Assembly: GCF_009914755.1 (NCBI RefSeq)
Contig: NC_060937.1
Length of the DNA stretch: 64,000 bases
Direction: 5' to 3' (one strand)
Source of the DNA: the human T2T-CHM13v2.0 reference genome, Homo sapiens
The notes under the pieces are model-generated. The model saw only the letters and a list, made by a program, of their open reading frames with translations, had not been told where the DNA came from and ran no database searches. A program made the position numbers and the translations under genes. Of the stretch, positions 48,101-61,556 are shown piece by piece (positions within the stretch are counted from its first letter, which is position 1; every line of letters starts with the position of its first letter).

Positions 48101-48814
48101 CCAGCATATTTGCTGGAAATGGACAATATGTCAAATGATTAAGTTCATACCAGAAGCCACATGGTGCCAGAACTTTCATGTAATTTGAGATTGCATTTTA
48201 AATATGTCCATTATCTCATATATATTATAGATCTATTCTTGAAAAGCATGTAGGCTTTGTGTTTAAGTAATTTGAAAATCTATGAAAATGGCGGGATGCT
48301 AAATGAGTATATACAAAGGCAGAATGGTTTATAATTCTGCCTGTTAAGCTCCAGCAGGTATGCTGGACCAGGAAAAAATGTTGTAAAAGACAGTGAAGAA
48401 AAAACAAATCAAGATTTTTTTTAGCAGTGATATCTGTTCTTAAATAATTCCACATGGGAGTTCTTATCACCCCCCTTGCACAATCCTTGCTGATATTAAT
48501 ATAAGCAAGGACTGATACACCATTAAAATAGTTGTCCTTCATTTGTTTTCATTATTCACATATACATACACAATCTACCCTAACTCTAACTCTAACCCTT
48601 ACAGCTACATGTGCAATACACCACAAAATTGAAGGATACTAGGACATCTGCATATCCGTGGAACCATTATCATTTATCAAAATCATTGGACAGACTTTTT
48701 ACTTTATATATTTATGTCAAACAAAAATAGAAACTAGCTTTAGCACAGTTTAAACATTAGCAGTCAGAAGTAACATAAATATGACATAGCAGATTGCATT
48801 CATAATTATGAAAG

Positions 48815-48945
48815 AATAAAACTATAAGAGTGAAGATTAGTTATCTACTTATCACAGTTATAAATATTGACTATTTTCAAGTATATATGCCAGATAAAGC
48901 ACAGCACACTGTTAAACACATAGTATGCATTCAATAACTACCTTA
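48815..48945 (+). mobile_element. MIR 3' fragment
   Basis: TAAAGCACAGCACACTG...CACATAGTATGCATTCAATAA. Confidence 0.5.
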
Positions 48946-50635
48946 TAAAAGACATGTATACACTGTAAAATTTTTTAAAAAGTGATTCCAGGTATTTTTG
49001 TGTATCTTTGTCTAGCTGTCATGTAGTGATGATGTTATTTAAAATAAAATCAAGATTCCTTAAAATCTGTTACATTGCTAATGGAAGACAATTTGGAACA
49101 AGACATATAATAATATAAAAGTGAAAAAACCCTACAATTTTATAAAATTGCATAGTGTGAATCTAATCTGTAACATAGGAATTGTTTTATACTGGAAGAG
49201 ATAAATGTTGGTTAAGATACAATCTAAAATCTATTTTACCTATATGGGAAAAAATATCTTGGCATGCATAACACTCAATGACTCAATAATTTGAGAAATT
49301 ATTATAAAAATATTGCTTTAATAAAGATTAATGTCCATTCACATCACGTTAGCAGGTTTTTAAGTAATCTGACATTCATAATAATCTCCAGTTGAGAGAG
49401 AAATCACCACAAAGTTACACACTCTGATTCTCATTTCAGGACATACTGGTGTATGACATGGTGTGTACATTAACAGATATATATGGCTAACTCAAATTAG
49501 CAATAAGAAATAGGTGTGAAGATTAAGAAAGCTTCTTGCAGCTACATCAAGGGGAAAGCCACAGAAAATGTTATTGATAGGCAACTAACATAGCACGAGG
49601 AAATGCTAAAATGTACAAACACCCAGAGGCTAAAATGTGGTGGAAGATTCTACAAGAAGGAGAATACAAACCTCTTAATGTGTGAACATCTTGCCATTCA
49701 TGAAACTGACCATAGGATAACCAGTGGTGAGAGATGCTGTTTTGCTCCTGAGTGAGGCAGCAAACACCAAGAAGTCACTTTTCTTAAATCAAAATGAATC
49801 AAGAAGATAATTCTCTAGGCAGACTATGGAGCTCCTTACTGGGCTGCTGAGGATCATCGAATAAACAGTGAATTGGAGGATAACATAGAATAAGGCACTT
49901 AATCCTTCTGCATATTTTGATAATGATTAAAGTGTCAAGGGCTGTACATTTTTCACTTCACTACAATACAAAGGAAATTTGAAGTGGAAAATATAAAACC
50001 AATTGAAAAAAGAGGAAAGTGGGAGAGAAAATGAATAACAACTTCATTCCATGAATACTACCTGTCCTTACAGTGCTTTTTTGTAAATGCCACAGCCAAA
50101 TGAAAAAGAGGCAGCACCAGTGTCTAGGGATGTAGTGCCAAATAACACGTCAAGAATTTTACTTAGGGCAAAATAATGGATCCTATAGGTCATGGATTTC
50201 AGGTTCTCTTTGGATATCACTGAAATGGGCTTTGATTCTGCCTCTTCTGGAGTTAGAAAGGCTTTTGGTGGAATGACCCTAATTTACTACATTAACTAGG
50301 ATGTTCTCTATTTCAATATCATATTACAAAACAATTTCTAATTGTGCCCACTTTAACTCTTGCAAGTGTCTCAATTTGGAAGACAAATTATAGGGTTAGC
50401 CAAGCTGTGGGGCTTGTAGTGGTTTCATATGTGCCCAATGTCTTGAAAGAACAGGTGCGGTAAAATGACAGGCCAATGAATTAAGGCATTTTGTTATAGG
50501 AGCAAGATTATAGTAAGACATAGCCAATGTCAAAAATGAGAAATATGACATTACTACTAATACTATAGACATTACTGAATTATAAGAAAACATCATGAAA
50601 CTTTATATCAATGAATTCGAATTCAATAAAATAAA

Positions 50636-50735
50636 GCCAAGTGTAGTGGCACATGCCTGTAATTTCAGCCATTTCGAATGCTGAGATGGGAGTATTGCTT
50701 GAGCCCAAGAGTTCAAGCCAACCTGGGCAACATAA
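50636..50735 (+). mobile_element. Free left Alu monomer (FLAM)
   Basis: Monomer GCCAAGTGTAGTGGCACATGCCTGTAAT...TTGCTTGAGCCCAAGAGTTCAAG...CCTGGGCAACATA. Confidence 0.85.
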
Positions 50736-50987
50736 ATAATAATGTTTATGATATAATAATGTCCAAATAAAGAAATACATGAGTAAATAAATTCAATGAA
50801 TTTAAATGTAATAAATTACTAAAAAGGTATAAATTACTAAGAAGTGGAAAATTAAGCAATCTAAATAGCCTTATATCTCACCAAAAGATTGACTTGTAAT
50901 TAAAAACCTTTCAAGAAGAAAACTACAGGCACAGATGGTTTCAATAATAAATTTTATAAAACACTCTGGATTAAAAAATCAAGTCTA

Positions 50988-51290
<303 letters not shown>

Positions 51291-52143
51291 AAAGTCTATA
51301 AATATTATTCCAGAAAATAGAATTAAAATAAATTCTTTTCAATGCATTTCCTGAGGACAGATGTTACTGATAGTAAAACTTAACAATGACATGACACAAG
51401 AAAATAAAATATCAATGGGCTGCAGGTCGTTGGAAAACAAATTTAAAAAAAAAGAAAAAATATAGACAAATACCTCTCTTTACTATTCTTGCAAAGCAAC
51501 ATTTTAGCACATTAAGTCTTACATTATATTAAGCAATAATACATTTTAAAAAGTGTGCTTTATCCCACTAATGCAAAGTTAGCTTAATATTCAAAATTAA
51601 CCAACACTGAATTAGCTTTAAAACAATTATTTTTATTTTATATAAATTTTAGCTTAAGAAAGAAATTTAATGAATCTTATCATATAAACTAAGAATAACA
51701 ATTACAATGACATATATCTAATGTAGGGAAAACATTGCAAAACTTCAACATTCACTTCTGATAAAAATTCTCAGCAAGAAAAGAACAGAAAAGAACTTTC
51801 TCACCCCAATAAAGAGATTCTATGAAGTTCCTTCACATAATAACTTATTTATATAGTTATATAATATAGTTACTTGTGAAAAATTGAATGTTTTTCCCTA
51901 GCTTAGAGAACAAGCATTGTAAACATGGCTTTTCAATACTGTACTTGAGGTCCTACAACCATATGATATGACAAAAGTTAAATAAAAAGATATTCAAGTT
52001 AGAACCAGAAAAGTAAAAGATACATTATTTGCAAATTGCATCATCATCTATATAGAAAAATATAGGTGTAAATATAAATAAAAATTCAGCCAAATATATA
52101 AGGTTGGCAAGATTAGAGAATAAAAGGTAAATAAATTCTCATA

Positions 52144-52467
52144 CCGTCTTCCTTCAGTATCTGTGAAGAATTTTTTTCAGGATCCCCCACAGACACCAAA
52201 ATTTATGAATGCTTAAGTCCCTCACCTAAAATGGTGTAATATTTGCATATAACCTACACTTCTCTTCCTATATACTTTAAATTATCTCTAGATTACTTAT
52301 ACCACCTAAAAAATGTAAATGCTATGGAAATAGTTATTATACATTTTAAAATATTTTATTTGTATTATTTTCACTGCTGTTACTTTTATTGGATTTTTTG
52401 AATGTATTTTTTATCTGTGGTTGGTTGTAGCTGCATATGTGGAAGCTGTGGATATGGAGGGCCACTG
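52144..52467 (+). mobile_element. MER2 (TcMar-Tigger MITE)
   Basis: CCGTCTTCCTTCAGTATCTGTG...TATTTGCATATAACCTAC...GGATATGGAGGGCCACTG. Confidence 0.88.
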
Positions 52468-53079
52468 GATTTCTTTGTTCTTGCCACAAAAACTATCATA
52501 AATTAAAATTTAGAAAACAGTGAAAGTAACAGTAGAATATATGAAATAAACAATGAAATATGCTCAAGAATTGTACTTTGAAAACTAAAAATATCAGTGA
52601 GAAAAATTAAAGAAGACCTGAATAAATAAGATATAAATTATGTGCATTTAGTGGGAAGACTAAAAATTGGTAAAATATTAATTCCCCCAATTGAAAAGCA
52701 CTTGGAATCAAATTCTCAGCAGGCTGTTCTATAAAACTTTTCAAGGTGATTGCAAAATGAATATAGAAATTTCTATCACCTAAAATAGCCAACACAAGCT
52801 TGACAATAAAGAAAAAATATTCCATTGATTTTATTATCTGATATTAAGGCTTATTATAAAGTTGCTGTAAGCACCAACACAAAATAGATTTCATAAATAG
52901 GCTCCATATATAATTAACTATTATTAAATGAAGATTACAAGGTAATTCAATGGAAAAAGGATACTCTTTTCAAGAAATGGTATTGGGCCAATGGCATAAC
53001 CATGTGCGAAAACAAGTACCTTTGCCTCTTCACTCCACACATTAAAATCAGCATACAATGAATCAGAGGATTTCATCCC

Positions 53080-53725
53080 TAGTTACTATTCTCACTTGAG
53101 GTAGATTTTTCCACTCCTCTCCCTATTCCCAGGGGACATTTGACCATGTCTGGAAACATATTTTGGTTGTCAAAATTGGGAGGGTGTATTAGTCCATTTT
53201 TGCATTGTCATAAACAAATATCTGAGACTGAGTAATTTCTAAAGAGGTTTAATTGGCTCATGGTTCTACAGGCTGCATAGGAAGCATGATGCTGGCACCT
53301 GCTCAGCTCCTGGGGAGGCCGAAAAAAACTTACAATCACTGTGGAAGGTAAATGGGAGCAGGCACGTCACATGGCCAGAGAAGGAGCAAGAGGTACCACA
53401 TACTTTTAAAGGACCAGATCTCAGGACAACTCACTAAGGCAACTCACTAAGGCAAGGACAGCACCAAAGAGATTGTATTAAACCCTTCATGAGAAATCTG
53501 CCCCCATGATCCAATCACCTCCCACCAGGCCCCACCTCCAACAGTGAGGATTACATTCCAACATGATATTTAGATGGGGACACACATCCAAACTATATCA
53601 GAGTGGTTGCTACTAGCATTTAGTGGTTAAAGTTAGAGCTATGAAACAAACAATGAATAGGAAAGATTTCCATTACAAAGAACTATCCAGCAAAATATCA
53701 ATTGTGCTGAGATTGAGAACCTCTG
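53080..53725 (+). mobile_element. MER20 (hAT-Charlie) split by an MSTA LTR
   Basis: CCCAGGGGACATTTGACCATGTCTGGAAACAT...GGTTGTCA on the left and TGCTACTAGCATTTAGTGG...GTGCTGAGATTGAGAACCTCTG on the right. Confidence 0.85.
53185..53600 (-). mobile_element. MSTA MaLR solo LTR
   Basis: TGTATTAGTCCATTTTTGCATTG...CCAAACTATATCA; TSD GAG(G/T)G; contains a perfect 13-bp tandem duplication at 53427-53452. Confidence 0.92.
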
Positions 53726-54714
53726 ACCTAGATGAAAGAAAGGCAACTATTAAACTTCTAGGAAATAAGATTATAAGACAAAATCTTGGCTACCCTGTGT
53801 TAGGCAATGGTATCCTAAAAGAATGATAGACATAAACAATTTAAGAAAAAAAGCCTTGGACTTTATAAAATATGAAAATGTTTGATATTCAATATTCATT
53901 GCTAAGAAAATGAAAAGGGGCATCATGAGTTTATAGACAAAATTTTAAAGTGGCTACCTGGCCAAGAAATTGCACGGAAAATATATAAAGAACACTTACA
54001 GCACACAAATATGGAGAAAAACTACACAATTAAAATTAAAGCAAATGATTTAAATAGCTCAACCAAAGAGATATATGCTCAATGTTAGTATCAGAGAAAT
54101 GAAAATTAACAATAGAATATTACTGTGGGTAACTCAAAGATTGAACGTACCTAGTGTCAGTAAGGAAGTGAGTTAACTAGGACTCTTATGCACTGCTGCT
54201 GGAAATTTAAATAGGCACAAACGTTTTGTATAAAATCTGGCAGTTTCTTGAAAGGTTAAAAATATACCTGCCATGTAACCCATTCATTGCAGTACTAGTT
54301 GTGTAATAGAATAGTCAAAACACATTGCTACACAAAGACATAAACATAAATGTTCATGGAGCTATATTTTTATAGCCATAAACTGGAAACAACTGAAGCA
54401 TTCATCCATAGGTGATTCTGTACTGCCATGGAGTACTACTCATTACCCAAAAGAAAAAAAATGTTGTTATATTTAACAACATAAATAAGTTTCAAAATAA
54501 TTGCACTGAGTGAAAAGAGACTGGCAACACTAGTGCATAGCTTTAAATTCAATTCTTATTAAATATTGAAACTAAATAAAGATAAGTCCATTTCTACTAA
54601 AGTGAGAGAAATCAGACCAGTGGTCACCCAGGGATCTTGCAGCTAAAGGCATTTATAAACTGAAGAATATACTTTGAAGAATGGTAACATCTTCACAATA
54701 TGTTATCCTGCAAT

Positions 54715-55185
54715 GCCAGTCACATAAAAGTAGAGCACTTACAATGATGTACAGTACATAATACTTGGTAATGTTAATAAATGACTATATTACTGGTTTA
54801 TGTACTTTTTATGGTATATATTTCATTGTTATTTCAGAATGTATTCCTCTTTATATGTAAAAAAATTACTGTAAAACTTCCCTGGGCAGGTGTTTCAAAC
54901 TGTATTTCAGAAGTAGGTATTGTTACCATAGGAGATGTCACCCTCATGTGTGTTATGGCTCTTGAATATCTCCCAGTAGGATAAGATGTGGAGGGGGAAG
55001 ACAGTGATATTGATGATCCTGACACCGTGTAGGACTAAGTTAACATGTGTGCTCATGTCTGAAGTTTTTAAGAAAAAGGTTTAAAAAGTTAAAAACTAAA
55101 AATATAGAATAGTACACATTTGAATAACAAAATCGCTTAGTGATGCATTTCTCAGAATGTATTCCCAACATTGAGCAATGCAGGG

Positions 55186-55190
<5 letters not shown>
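54715..55190 (-). mobile_element. Tigger3-family deletion derivative
   Basis: 54880-55050 is the reverse complement of the Tigger3b segment at ~28160-28340; ends GATGCATTTCTCAGAATGTATTCCC. Confidence 0.85.

Positions 55191-55218
<28 letters not shown>
55189..55218. repeat. (TG)15 microsatellite
   Basis: Perfect run. Confidence 0.96.
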
Positions 55219-55222
<4 letters not shown>

Positions 55223-55315
55223 ATTACCTTTTTCCTTCTTATAAATAGGCAAGTTTACCATATCACTACATTCTAGGGAAATGTATACTTATGTGCCCTA
55301 GAATATATGAGTGTG

Positions 55316-55323
<8 letters not shown>

Positions 55324-55347
<24 letters not shown>
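55324..55347. repeat. (TG)12 microsatellite in a TA-rich tract
   Basis: Perfect run. Confidence 0.95.
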
Positions 55348-55348
<1 letters not shown>

Positions 55349-56126
55349 ATACATATACATATATTATATGTCCTAAAACATATATATAAATTCTAGGGAG
55401 TTCTAGGGAATACCTATATATTTTATATATAATCATATACCATAAAATACCATTTTTTTTATGGTACAAAACGCAATGTGTCCTTTGTCTTTTTTCATAT
55501 TGGGAAAATGTCTTCATTGTGGAGGCTTTTGTTTTCCTCATCCCTCCTGAAGATCCAAATTAACTTACATGCTTCTTGTAGCCAGTACAAGTTTAAATTT
55601 CTATGTATCACAAATTCATGCTACATTACCATGTGAAAACTTTACAAATGGAACTAACCTTAGACACAGTAACGTTAATAGGGTCAAATGTTTCTAGATT
55701 TGTTATAGAGCTGTTATTATTTACAGCGTTCGTCATTGCCTTTTTTTTTTTAATCAGAGACCTCTTTACTTGTGATAGGTTGGTGATACTCAAAAAATAT
55801 ACAAATATAACTTCCACGTGTATTACATGGAAGTCCTGAGTCCTTGCACATTTTGAAACTTATTTCGTTATTTACTTAGAATTAATCCATGGTTTAGTTG
55901 GGTATAGAGTTGTAGGTTCAATATACTTTTTTAAAAAGTATTTACCTAGTTTGTGTATTTGTTTTGTTTTGTTTTCTGTGAACATTTTAGAATATTGTTT
56001 TTTTCTTTTTAAAATTTGAGTTTTCTCCAGTATTGATTATTATAGGTGCCATAAATACTTTGCATTTTTTGACATTTTGATAGTATTTCTTTATCTGAAC
56101 ATAAGAAACTTTCAGTACCTTTTCTT

Positions 56127-56603
56127 TAAAAAGAAGAAAGATCTCAAACAAATAGCCTGACATTACACTTCAAGGAGTTAAAAAAAAACTCAATCTAAAT
56201 TTAGCAGGAAAAGAAGAATAAAAACCAGAGCAGAAATAAATCAAATAGAGAATAGAAAACACAGAAAGAAAATCAATGGAACTAAGGTAGTTTTTTTAAA
56301 AGAATAAAGAAATTACAAAGAATTTACAAACCCTCAGCTAGACTAAGAAAAAAAGAGAGAAGACCTAAATATATAAAATCAAAAATGAGAATGGAGACAT
56401 TACAACAGATGCTTCAGTAATTAAAACAGGGGATTGTAATGGACTATTATAAACAATTATATGCCAATAATTGGATTAACTTAGAGGGAATGGATAAATT
56501 CCTAGACTACTACAAGCTACCAAGGTTGAATAAAAAAGAAATAAAAAGTCTGAACAGACCAAAACCTAACAGAGATATTGAAGTAATAATTGGAAACCTT
56601 CCA
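56127..56603 (+). mobile_element. L1M ORF2 fragment
   Basis: Translates to DYYKQLYANNWINLEGMDKFLDYYKLPRLNKKEIKSLNRP (ORF2 tower/linker region). Confidence 0.88.
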
Positions 56604-59538
56604 GGAGAAGGCAGAGCAAGATGGCTAAATAGAAGCCTCCACAGACCATCCTTCCCCACAGGAACACCAAACTTAACAACTATTTACACATCAAAAGCAC
56701 TTTATAAAAACCAAAAATCAGGTAGATGACAACAGTATCTGGTTGTAACTTTATATTGCTGAAAAAAGCACTAAATAGGGTAGAAAAAAAACAGACTTCA
56801 ATTGCCTATGTCACTTCTCTCCCTTGAACCTTCCGAATGACATGGAGAGTCTGTGTATTGGGGGAGAAAGACTGCAGCAGTTGTGAGACTTTGCATTGAA
56901 CTTAGTGCTGAAAACACTGGGCAGAACTCAGCTAAGGCTCACAAAATGAGCATTTATGTGACCGTAGCCAGAGGGGAATCGCCCATCCCAGTGGTCAGAA
57001 TTTGAGTTTCCGCAAGCCTCAGTACTGTGAGCTAAAGTGCTCTGGGGTCCTAAATAAACTTAAAAAACAGTCTAGGACACAAGAACTGCAACTTTTTGGC
57101 AAGTCCTAATGCTATGCTGGGCTCAGAGCTAGTGGACTTTGGGAATATGCAATTGAGTGAAACAGCAGCCAGGGCAGCTAAGGGAGTGTTTGTTCTACCC
57201 CTCCTCTAACCGTAGGCAGCACAGCTTGCAGCTCCAAAAGAGACTCCTTCCTTCTGCTTAATAAGAAGAGAGGGAAGAGCAAAAAGGACTTTGTCTTGCA
57301 ACTTAGATACCAGCTCAGACACTCAGTAAGACAGAGCATGAGTGATAATTTTGAGGCCCCCATTCCAGGCTCTAGCTTCTGGATGATACTTCTGACACAT
57401 CCTAGGCCAGAAGGCAACCTGCTGCCTAGAAGGAAAGGACCCACCCTTGGTAGGGATCATCACTTGCTGACTAAAGGGCCTTTTGACCCTCAATAATCAG
57501 CAGTGGTAACCAGGTAGTAAACCCCATGGGCCTTGAGTGAGACTCTGAGATATGCTGGCTTCAAGCGTGACTTAGCACATTCACAATGGATGGCTATAAG
57601 GAGAGACTCCTTCTGCTTGAAAACAGTAGAGGAAGTGAAGGGGACTTTGAATTACAGCTTAGCTACCACCTTGGCCACAGTGGGGTAGAGCACCAAGAAG
57701 GCTCTTGGGGTCCCCATTTCCAGGCCTTGGCCCTTGGACAACATGTCTGGACCTTACTGGAGCCAGAGGGGAGTCCACTGCCCTGCAGGGTGAGTCCCAG
57801 GCCTGGCAGCATTCACCAGAATCTGACTGAAGAGCCCTCAGGCCTTAGGTGAACATCAATTATAGCCTGACAGTATTATCTGTGGGCCTGTGGAAGTGGG
57901 GAGAGACTCGTCTGCCTGGGGTAAGAGGAGGGAAGAGTGGGAAGGACTTTGTCTTACGGTTTGGGTGCCAGCTCAGCTGCAGTAGAATAGAGCACCAGAT
58001 AGATCTTAAGTTTTCTGACTCTAGGCTCTGGCTCCCAGACAGCATCTCTGGACTCACTCAGGGGCCAGGGGCACTTGTCACAGTAAAGGCAGGACACAAG
58101 TCTGGTTGGTTTTGCCACTGGTTGATTATAGAGCCAAAGGTCCTTGAGTAAACATAGGTGGTAGCACAGTAGTGGTTTACAATGGGTCTAGGGTGAGACC
58201 CAGTGTTGTATTGGCTTCGGATCTGACCAAGCACGATCTCGGTGGTGGTGGCCACAGGGTTGCTTTTGCCACATCGCAGCCAGCTGCAGGCAGCTCAGCA
58301 CAGAGAGAAACTGTATGTTTGAGAGATAGTAAGGGAAAAGGACAAGTTTCTGCCTGTTAATCCATAGAATTCTTGCAGAGTTTATCCAAGACAATCAAAA
58401 TGGTAGCTCTATGAGTCTCCAAGAACCACAGCATCATTGGGCTTGGGGTGTCCACTAATGCAGATAAAGCTGCAACGACCACAAATTTATATCACAACAC
58501 CCAAGTCTCTTTGAATACTTGGAAAGCCTTCCTAAGAAGATAGGTACAAACAAGCCTAGACTGTGAAGATTCCAATAAATACCTCGTGCTTCAATGCCCA
58601 AACACTGAGAACATCCACAAGGATCAAGGTCATCCAGGAAAACTTGACCTTACCAAATGAACTAAAGGCACCAAGGACCAATCACAGAGAGACAGAGTTA
58701 TATGAACTTTCTAACAGATAATTCAAAATAGCTGACTTGAGGAAACTCAAAGAAATTTAAGATAACAAAGAGAGAGAATTCAGAGTTCTATCAGATAAAT
58801 TTAATAAAGAGATTTAAATAATTCAAAATAAATTCTAAAGATGAAAAGTGCAATTGACATGCTGGAGAGTGCCTGAGAGTCTCTTAATAGCAGAATTGAT
58901 CAAACAGAGGAAAGAATTTGGGAGCTTGAAGACAGGTTATTTGAAAATACATAGTCACAAAGACAAAATATGTAAGAATAAAGCATGTCTATAAAATTTA
59001 GTTTAACTCAAATAAGACTACCTCAAAAAATTTTATAAACTTCCAAAAGTCAAGGATAAATAAATGATTCTACAAGCAGCAAGAGAAAAGAAACAAATAA
59101 CATACAATGAAGCTACACTGTCTGGCTAAAAAATTTTCAGTGGAAACCTTACAGCCAGGAGAGACTGACATAATATACTTAAAGTGCTGTAGGAAAAAAA
59201 AAAAGACTTAGAATAATATATTCAGTGAAAAGATCCTTCAAACATGAAAGATAAATAAAATCTTTTCCAGACAAACAAAAGCTGATGGTGTTCATCAACG
59301 TCAGAAACAACAAAAAGTTACAAGGCAGAGGCATGACATTAAAATGAGTTTTTATTAGTTTTCTTTTACTTGTTTCTGAGTTTGTTTGTTTATGCAATCA
59401 TTGGGAAGTTGTCATCAGTTTAAAATAATGAATTATAAGATAGTATTAAATATTTGCATGCCTCATGGTAACCTCAAGTCTAAAAACATACAATGAACAC
59501 ACACAAAAAATAAAAAAGAAGAGACTAAAACATACCAC
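56604..59538 (+). mobile_element. L1MA1-3-type (L1M1) 5' end: ~2-kb 5' UTR, decayed ORF1 (~58595-59310) and inter-ORF region
   Basis: GGAGAAGGCAGAGCAAGATGGCTAAATAGAAGCCTCC start; ORF1 motifs AGCAGAATTGATCAAACAGAGGAAAGAAT and GCAGCAAGAGAAAAG; interrupted by the ERV. Confidence 0.85.
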
Positions 59539-60318
59539 TGATATGGGAGTGCTGGAAAGGGAAGAGCTTGGTCCCTTTAAATGATACAGAAGGGGAGAAG
59601 ATAAGTGCTGGGGAGAGGACGGCGTGGTCTCTTGCTAGGGCTCCACCCCTGCAGCCCTGGGTGAAGACAGTCACTCCTGCCTTCACACCCAAATGTTGCA
59701 TTTTCCAAGACCACCTTGGCTCGCCATGCTCCCAACCTGGGCCTATAAAAACCCGAGACTCTAGCAGGCAGACATACAGAAGCAGCTGGACATCATGAGG
59801 AATACATTGGCAGAAGAAGACACAAGGAGCTGGTCATCAACACACCAGTGGAAGAGCAAGGCTGATAAGCACCGGCAGGCTGGCAGGCCATCAACTGGCA
59901 AAACAACGCAGAGTTTAACTGAGAGGCTCAACTCCAGGGGAAAACCATCTCCCTTCTGGCTCCCCCATCTGCTGACACCTACTCCTACTCAAGAAAACCT
60001 TGCACTGATTCTCCAAGCCCACGTGTGATCCGATTCTCCCAGTACACCAAGGCAAGAGACTCCAGGATACATCCTTTGATTTAGGATCCTATCCCTGTGA
60101 TAAGGAGGCAGGTATAATTGAGTTGGTTGACACAAGCTGCCTATGGACCCCGTAACACATGCCCACTGGGGCTTCAGCTGAAACACCCCTAGACACTGCC
60201 ATGGGTCCTAGCCCCACAGCCTGCCCATCTGTGTGCTCCCTTAGAGGTGTGAGCAGCAGAGCACTGAAGAAGCCAGCCACACTCCTGCGAGGGGGACAAG
60301 GGAACCTGTCCTGTTTCA
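59539..60318 (+). mobile_element. 5' LTR (LTR1 family)
   Basis: TGATATGGGAGTGCTGG...CTGTTTCA; TATAAAA at 59744-59750. Confidence 0.92.
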
Positions 60319-60320
60319 AC

Positions 60321-60338
60321 TGGGGGCTCATCTGGGAT
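60321..60338 (+). promoter_or_regulatory. Primer binding site, tRNA-Pro
   Basis: TGGGGGCTCATCTGGGAT versus canonical PBS-Pro TGGGGGCTCGTCCGGGAT (two CpG-type transitions), 2 nt after the LTR CA. Confidence 0.92.
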
Positions 60339-61137
60339 TGCAGAAGATGAGCGTGAGTGAATTTGAAACTCTTGGGTCTGCCTCTCTTCCAAAACCCTGC
60401 CATCTCTCTCTCTTTTCTGAGAGCAAGAGGCTCTGTTTCCCTTCACAGAGTTTTCAACCACCCTAACCTGCCAGTCAAAACCCCTAGACTTTGTCTCTTT
60501 TTCTCTGTCACATGGTTTAAAATGGCTCTTATCTCTTTCTTTATAATGTTAAGTTTTGCTACAGGCTGCGGCAATGTTACTAAGCAAAGAGAGCATTAGG
60601 CTCAGCCACCAAAGGTGCAAATCAGACCAATTGTTCATAGAGCTGCCATGTATGCCTCCATCTTGACAGCCGCAGGCATGCAGGGCTCAGGACATCTCCT
60701 GCTACCCCTTCCCCTCCTAGCTTGGGTGCCTGGGTGGGCCCTCAGGACAAAGGCCGAGCCCAACAGCCATGAGGAGGAGGTGGGAGAAAGCTGTGGTGGT
60801 AGTCACGACCCCACAGGGCCAACAGATGAGCACTTCTTGCCTGCCAGTACAGTGGAACCTTTCCTCCTCTGGTCAAGGAATTCAACCCGGTCTGAACTGG
60901 GGAAAGATGTAAGGATTAGGGGGCCCCTTAAAGTGTTTTCTCCTTTTTCCTTTGCTCTGTGAGAGGCCTCCCCGCTGCTCTGTTTCTGATAGGGAAGTTA
61001 ACAGAGGAATGGCCCCTGTTGGCTGAGAACTGCAAATTCAGCAGGGTGCATTTGAGATACTCTCTACGGATACAAACAGTCTTGAAAATACCTTTTCAGT
61101 CCCAAACTTGATTCCAAGCTTCAGGCTGGGGCCCTAG

Positions 61138-61175
61138 AAAAACAAAACAAAACAAAACAAAACACAACAAAAACA
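61138..61175. repeat. (CAAAA)n simple repeat in the ERV leader
   Basis: Seen directly in the sequence. Confidence 0.85.
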
Positions 61176-61556
61176 AGTCTGAGGGATCCAAAGCCAGGCA
61201 ACAGGTACAATGTAAATGGGCTGGACCAATTCTCGCTAACTGAACGCCCCACTACACGGAAGGAGGCCACGCCTCATGGCATAAACAGGCCCAGGGAACT
61301 CAAAGTTTGCTAACAGCAGGGAGAAACGGAGGTGTAGGTGAGGGCGGTTAATTCCTACCTTCCAGGTTTTCCCTGCTTCATGGGTACATACCATATTTGT
61401 ACCTATGACTGACACCTGCCAAGGTCACCAGGGCTCAGTCATAAGGGGTGGAGAGTGAAATGCGGACGTTCACTTTCTCTCTCCATCACACCGTGAGTTT
61501 TTGCTGAATGAATGAAAGAAGGGAATGAGGGACGCCTTTATTCCCTGTCTTTCAGA

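Noticed and set aside
48578-48601. Telomere-like CCCTAA-CTCTAA-CTCTAA-CCCTTA
   Set aside because: Only one perfect unit in four; too short to call an interstitial telomere.
57230-58060. Three diverged ~330-bp repeats (GGACTTTG...CCAGCTCAG...AGAGCACCA)
   Set aside because: Internal repeats of the L1M1-type 5' UTR; not a CRISPR array or a new repeat family.
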